This document shows positions 60,396 through 64,000 of a stretch of DNA of 64,000 bases, piece by piece. A program made the translations under genes and the position numbers. The stretch is from an uncultured Gemmatimonadales bacterium (lineage in GTDB: Bacteria > Gemmatimonadota > Gemmatimonadetes > Longimicrobiales > Longimicrobiaceae). The notes beneath the pieces are model-generated. The model ran no database searches. It saw only the letters and a list, made by a program, of their open reading frames with translations, and was not told the origin of the DNA. Location: the NCBI GenBank assembly GCA_963716255.1, contig OY970303.1, positions 3,712,001 to 3,776,000 of the forward strand, given 5' to 3'. How positions within the stretch are numbered: position 1 is the first letter of the stretch; each line of letters begins with the position of its first letter.

Positions 60396-62072
60396 TCAGG
60401 CGGCAGGCGCCTCCTCCGCAGCCAAAGCATTCTCCGCTGCGACTGGCGGCGAGGCGAGCGGCAGGGTGAAGTGGAAGGTGCTCCCCTCGCCCTCGCGCGT
60501 GTCCACCCAGATGCGCCCGCCGTGCGCCTCCACCACGGCGCGCGCGATGGACAGCCCCAGCCCCACGCCGCGGCGGTCGCGGCGGTCCGCCTGCCAGAAG
60601 GCGCCGAAGAGGTGGGGAAGCTGCTCCGCGGGGATGCCGGGGCCCTGGTCCGACACCGACACGCGCAGCTCCGGCCCCGCGGCCGCGCAGGCGACGGTCA
60701 CCCGGCCGCCCTCGGGCGAGAACTTGAGCGCGTTCCCCACCAGGTTGGAGAGCACCTGCACCACCCGCGGGCCGTCCGCCCGGACGGGGGGCGCGTCGTC
60801 GCACCCGGCCAGCACCAGGCGGATGGAGCGCGCCTCGGCGAGCGGGCGCAGCATGGACTCCGCGTCGGCGAAGAGGGGGCCCACCTCGCGCTCCCCCGCG
60901 TCCAGCGTGAGCCCGCCCATGTCCATGCGCGCCACGTCCAGCAGGTCGTCCACCAGCCGGTGCATGCGGTGCGCCGAGTGGTACATGCTTTCCAGCGACT
61001 CCTTGTGGAAGGCGTTCGCCCGGGGCGGCAGCATGTGCAGCAGCATCTCCGACCCCATGGCGATGGAGGCCAGCGGGTTGCGGAGGTCGTGCGCCACCAC
61101 CGCCAGCGTGTGGTCGCGGGCGCGCGTGGCCTGCTGCGCCTGCGCGAAGAGGCGCGCGTTCTCCGCGGCGAGGGCCACGCGGCGCGCCAGCTCCTCCGCC
61201 AGCTCCAGCTCCTCCCGCGCGAAGCGGCGTCCCTCCCCCCCGCGCACCAGCACCACCCCGCCCGCCACGCCCCCCGCCGAGCGGAAGGGCGCCGCCACCG
61301 TGGCGCCGGGACCCAGCGAGTGGCCGGAGCCGCCCGCGCCGTATTCCAGCGCCCAGGCGAGCTGCGTGGCGCGCTCCCCGCGGAACAGGTCGGCCAGGGG
61401 GTGAGCGGCGCCCTCCGCCGGGGCGCGGGCGGCGCGGAGCGCGGCCTCGCGCTCCGGGTCCGCGTGCGCCGCCGCCGCGGGGACGAAACCGCCGCCCGCC
61501 GCCAGCTCCACCACGCAGGCGTCCGCCAGGCGCGGCACCACCATGCGGGCCAGCTGCGCCAGCGCCGTGGCGCTGTCCAGCGAGGCGCCCAGCACCCGGC
61601 TGGCCTCCGCCAGCAGCGCCGCGCGGGCCGCGGCGGCCTCCGCGGCGGCCCGCGCGGCCCGCTCCTGCCGGTGCAGCACCCGCGTTTCCAGCAGGTTGCG
61701 CACGCGCAGCAGCACCTCCGTCCCGAAGAGCGGCTTGATCAGGAAGTCGTTCGCCCCCCCCGAGAGCGCCCGCTCCTTGGCGTCCGCGGTGGCGTCCGCC
61801 GTGAGCACCAGCACCGGCAGGTACTCCCCCGGCGCCGTGCGCGCGCGCACCTCCTCCAGCACCTGGAAGCCGCTGCGGTGGGACATGTGCAGGTCCAGCA
61901 GCACCAGGTCAGCCCCGTGCTCCTCCAGCAGCGGCACCGCGCGGCGCGCGTCCGAGGTGCGCACCAGCGAGCTGTAGCCGTCGCTGCGCAGGAAGGCCTC
62001 CAGCAGGTCCAGGTTGGCCTCCTCGTCGTCCACCAGCAGGACCGTGCAGCCGCGCAGCGCGTCCGGGGTCAT
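60396..62072 (-). CDS. Hybrid histidine kinase (REC-GAF-HisKA-HATPase)
   Basis: LLVDDE, LLDLHM, AHDLRNPL, NLVGNALKF, DQGPGI, GLGLSI. Confidence 0.9.
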   Translation of the reverse strand: MTPDALRGCTVLLVDDEEANLDLLEAFLRSDGYSSLVRTSDARRAVPLLEEHGADLVLLDLHMSHRSGFQVLEEVRARTAPGEYLPVLVLTADATADAKERALSGGANDFLIKPLFGTEVLLRVRNLLETRVLHRQERAARAAAEAAAARAALLAEASRVLGASLDSATALAQLARMVVPRLADACVVELAAGGGFVPAAAAHADPEREAALRAARAPAEGAAHPLADLFRGERATQLAWALEYGAGGSGHSLGPGATVAAPFRSAGGVAGGVVLVRGGEGRRFAREELELAEELARRVALAAENARLFAQAQQATRARDHTLAVVAHDLRNPLASIAMGSEMLLHMLPPRANAFHKESLESMYHSAHRMHRLVDDLLDVARMDMGGLTLDAGEREVGPLFADAESMLRPLAEARSIRLVLAGCDDAPPVRADGPRVVQVLSNLVGNALKFSPEGGRVTVACAAAGPELRVSVSDQGPGIPAEQLPHLFGAFWQADRRDRRGVGLGLSIARAVVEAHGGRIWVDTREGEGSTFHFTLPLASPPVAAENALAAEEAPAA

Positions 62073-64000
62073 CGGCCGGCCCCGGGGAGGAAGCGCTCCA
62101 CCGCCGCCAGGAACTCGTCGATGTCCAGCGGCTTGGTCAGGTAGGCGTCCGCCCCCGCCGCGCGCAGCCGGTCCACCATGGCGTGCGTGGCGTCCGCGCT
62201 GATCACCACCACCGGGATCCCCGCGGTGCGCTCGTCCGCGCGCAGGCGGCGCAGGACCTCCTCGCCGGAGATGTCGGGGAGGTGAAGGTCCAGCAGCACC
62301 AGGTCGGGCCGGTGCTCGCGCGCCAGCTCCACCCCCAGCCGCCCCTGGAGCGCCGGCACCGTGCGCCACCCCGGCCGCGACAGCAGGATGGTCTCCACCA
62401 GGCTCAGGTTCGCCAGGTTGTCCTCCACGTACAGCAGCGTGGCCGGGGCGTGCGCAGCATTCTCCACGGGCGCGGCGCGGCGCGCCTCCTCCACCCGCTC
62501 CAGCGGGTCGTCCGCCGAGCGCAGCTCCAGCCGGAAGACGCTCCCCTCCGGGCCGGTCTCCTCCAGCGTCAGCGCCCCGCCCATCGCCTCCGTCAGCCGC
62601 TGCGACAGGGCGAGCCCCAGCCCCGTCCCCTCGATCTCCGTCTGCTCGGCGCCCAGGCGGGCGAAGGGGGTGAAGAGCTGGCCCGCGCGGTCGGCGGGGA
62701 TGCCGCGGCCGGTGTCGGCCACCCGTACCGCCAGGAGCGCGCTCCCTCCGTCTTTGCCGGGGACGAAGGCGCAGTCCAGCCGCACCCGGCCCCCGGGCCG
62801 GTTGTACTTGATGGCGTTGGTGAGCAGGTTGAGGAGCACCTGCGTGAGCCGCTGCCGGTCGGCGCGCACGTACTCGCCGGCGAAGGCGCGAGGCGCGTCC
62901 TCCAGCGTCACCCGCCACTGCTCCGCCAGCGGACGCACCAGCCCCACCGCTTCCGCCAGCACCCCGCCGATCCGTACCGGCTCCAGCGACAGGCTCTGCC
63001 GCCCGGCCTCGATCCGCGCGATCTCCAGCACCTCGTTGATGAGCTGCAGCAGGTGCCGCCCGGCGCGCAGGATGTGCTGGAGCGACTTCTGGTGCTCCGG
63101 CGCCATCCCCGCCCGGTCCAGCACCTGCGCAAAGCCCAGGATGCTGTTGAGCGGGGTGCGCAGCTCGTGGCTCATGCGCGACAGGAACTCGCTCTTGGCG
63201 CGGTTCGCCTCCTCCGCCTCCTCCTTGGCCCGGGCCAGCGCCTCCTCCGCCGCCTTGCGCTCGGTGACGTCGCGGGCGTTCACCACCACCCCCGCCTCCG
63301 GGTCCAGCGGGTTCAGCAGCCGCCCGAACGCCTCCAGCATGCGCCAGCTCCCGTCCGCGTGGCGGAAGCGGTACTCCGCGTAGCCGGTGAGTCCCGGCTC
63401 GCGCAGGATGCGCCCCAGCTCCGCCGCCACCAGCCCGCGGTCCTCGGGGTGGATGTAGGCGAAGGCGCTGCGCCCCATCAGCTCCTCCGGGTCGGTCCCC
63501 AGGATGCGCTGCGTGGGCGGGCTCAGGTACGCCATGGTCCCGGCCGGGTCCAGGATGCAGATGAGGTCGTGCGCGTTCTCGATCAGGGCGCGGAAGTGCT
63601 CCTCGCTCTGGCGCAGCGCTTCCTCCGCGCGGCGGCGGGCGGTGACGTCGCGGGTGTTGAAGACGAAGCCCTCCGCCCCCGATTCCGGCCGCAGCGACTT
63701 GACCACCCCCTCCAGCACGATCCAGTGCCCCTCGCGGTGGCGGTAGCGGAACTCCAGGGGAACGGGGGTGCCCGGCTTCTCCGCCGCTTCCCGGCGCCGC
63801 TCCCCCGCGAGGGCGCGGTCGTCCGGGTGGATCATCTCCAGCGAGCTGCGCCCGGTGCGCTCCTCCGGCGTCCACCCCACCACCCGCGGCGCCGAAGGGC
63901 TGATGTAGGTGGTGACCCCCTCCGCGTCCAGGATGACGATGAGGTCCTGGCCGTTTTCGATGAGGCCGCGGAAGTGCTCCTCGCGGGCCACCAGGGCGCG
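62069..64000 (-). CDS. PAS-domain hybrid histidine kinase (5'-truncated by window edge)
   Basis: Two PAS repeats (FRALIENA..IHPED), SHELRTPLN, NAIKYN, GTGLGL, C-terminal REC. Confidence 0.92.
   Translation of the reverse strand, partial: RALVAREEHFRGLIENGQDLIVILDAEGVTTYISPSAPRVVGWTPEERTGRSSLEMIHPDDRALAGERRREAAEKPGTPVPLEFRYRHREGHWIVLEGVVKSLRPESGAEGFVFNTRDVTARRRAEEALRQSEEHFRALIENAHDLICILDPAGTMAYLSPPTQRILGTDPEELMGRSAFAYIHPEDRGLVAAELGRILREPGLTGYAEYRFRHADGSWRMLEAFGRLLNPLDPEAGVVVNARDVTERKAAEEALARAKEEAEEANRAKSEFLSRMSHELRTPLNSILGFAQVLDRAGMAPEHQKSLQHILRAGRHLLQLINEVLEIARIEAGRQSLSLEPVRIGGVLAEAVGLVRPLAEQWRVTLEDAPRAFAGEYVRADRQRLTQVLLNLLTNAIKYNRPGGRVRLDCAFVPGKDGGSALLAVRVADTGRGIPADRAGQLFTPFARLGAEQTEIEGTGLGLALSQRLTEAMGGALTLEETGPEGSVFRLELRSADDPLERVEEARRAAPVENAAHAPATLLYVEDNLANLSLVETILLSRPGWRTVPALQGRLGVELAREHRPDLVLLDLHLPDISGEEVLRRLRADERTAGIPVVVISADATHAMVDRLRAAGADAYLTKPLDIDEFLAAVERFLPGAGR

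Overview
High-GC bacterial chromosomal segment; gene content and style suggest Gemmatimonadota (Longimicrobium-like), which is an inference. It holds about 53 protein-coding genes: housekeeping or metabolic (uppP, prfC, AKR, OYE/NamA, TreS-like amylase, RNA-modifying enzymes), many secreted hydrolases (tricorn S41, S9, serine hydrolase, 5'-nucleotidase, two DUF5916 proteins) and many regulators (two ECF sigma/anti-sigma pairs, BlaI/M56, AraC, four histidine kinases, an MCP). I found no rRNA, tRNA, CRISPR array, integrase or transposase. Highlights: (1) a dispersed ~129-nt structured element in 12 full and 3 partial copies, whose inner stems vary freely in sequence but keep pairing around conserved AAAC loops; one sub-hairpin of it also recurs alone as a 3x array with a 42-nt period; (2) a secreted 6-Cys peptide with CS-alpha-beta defensin-like spacing, divergent from a BlaI-M56 pair across BlaI-type operators; (3) a 49-aa lipopeptide, absent from the ORF track, between a TPR-like protein and an AraC/sensor-less kinase operon; (4) a CPPxC-tailed small protein paired with a polytopic membrane protein. 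Family names come from motif recognition by eye, not from database searches.
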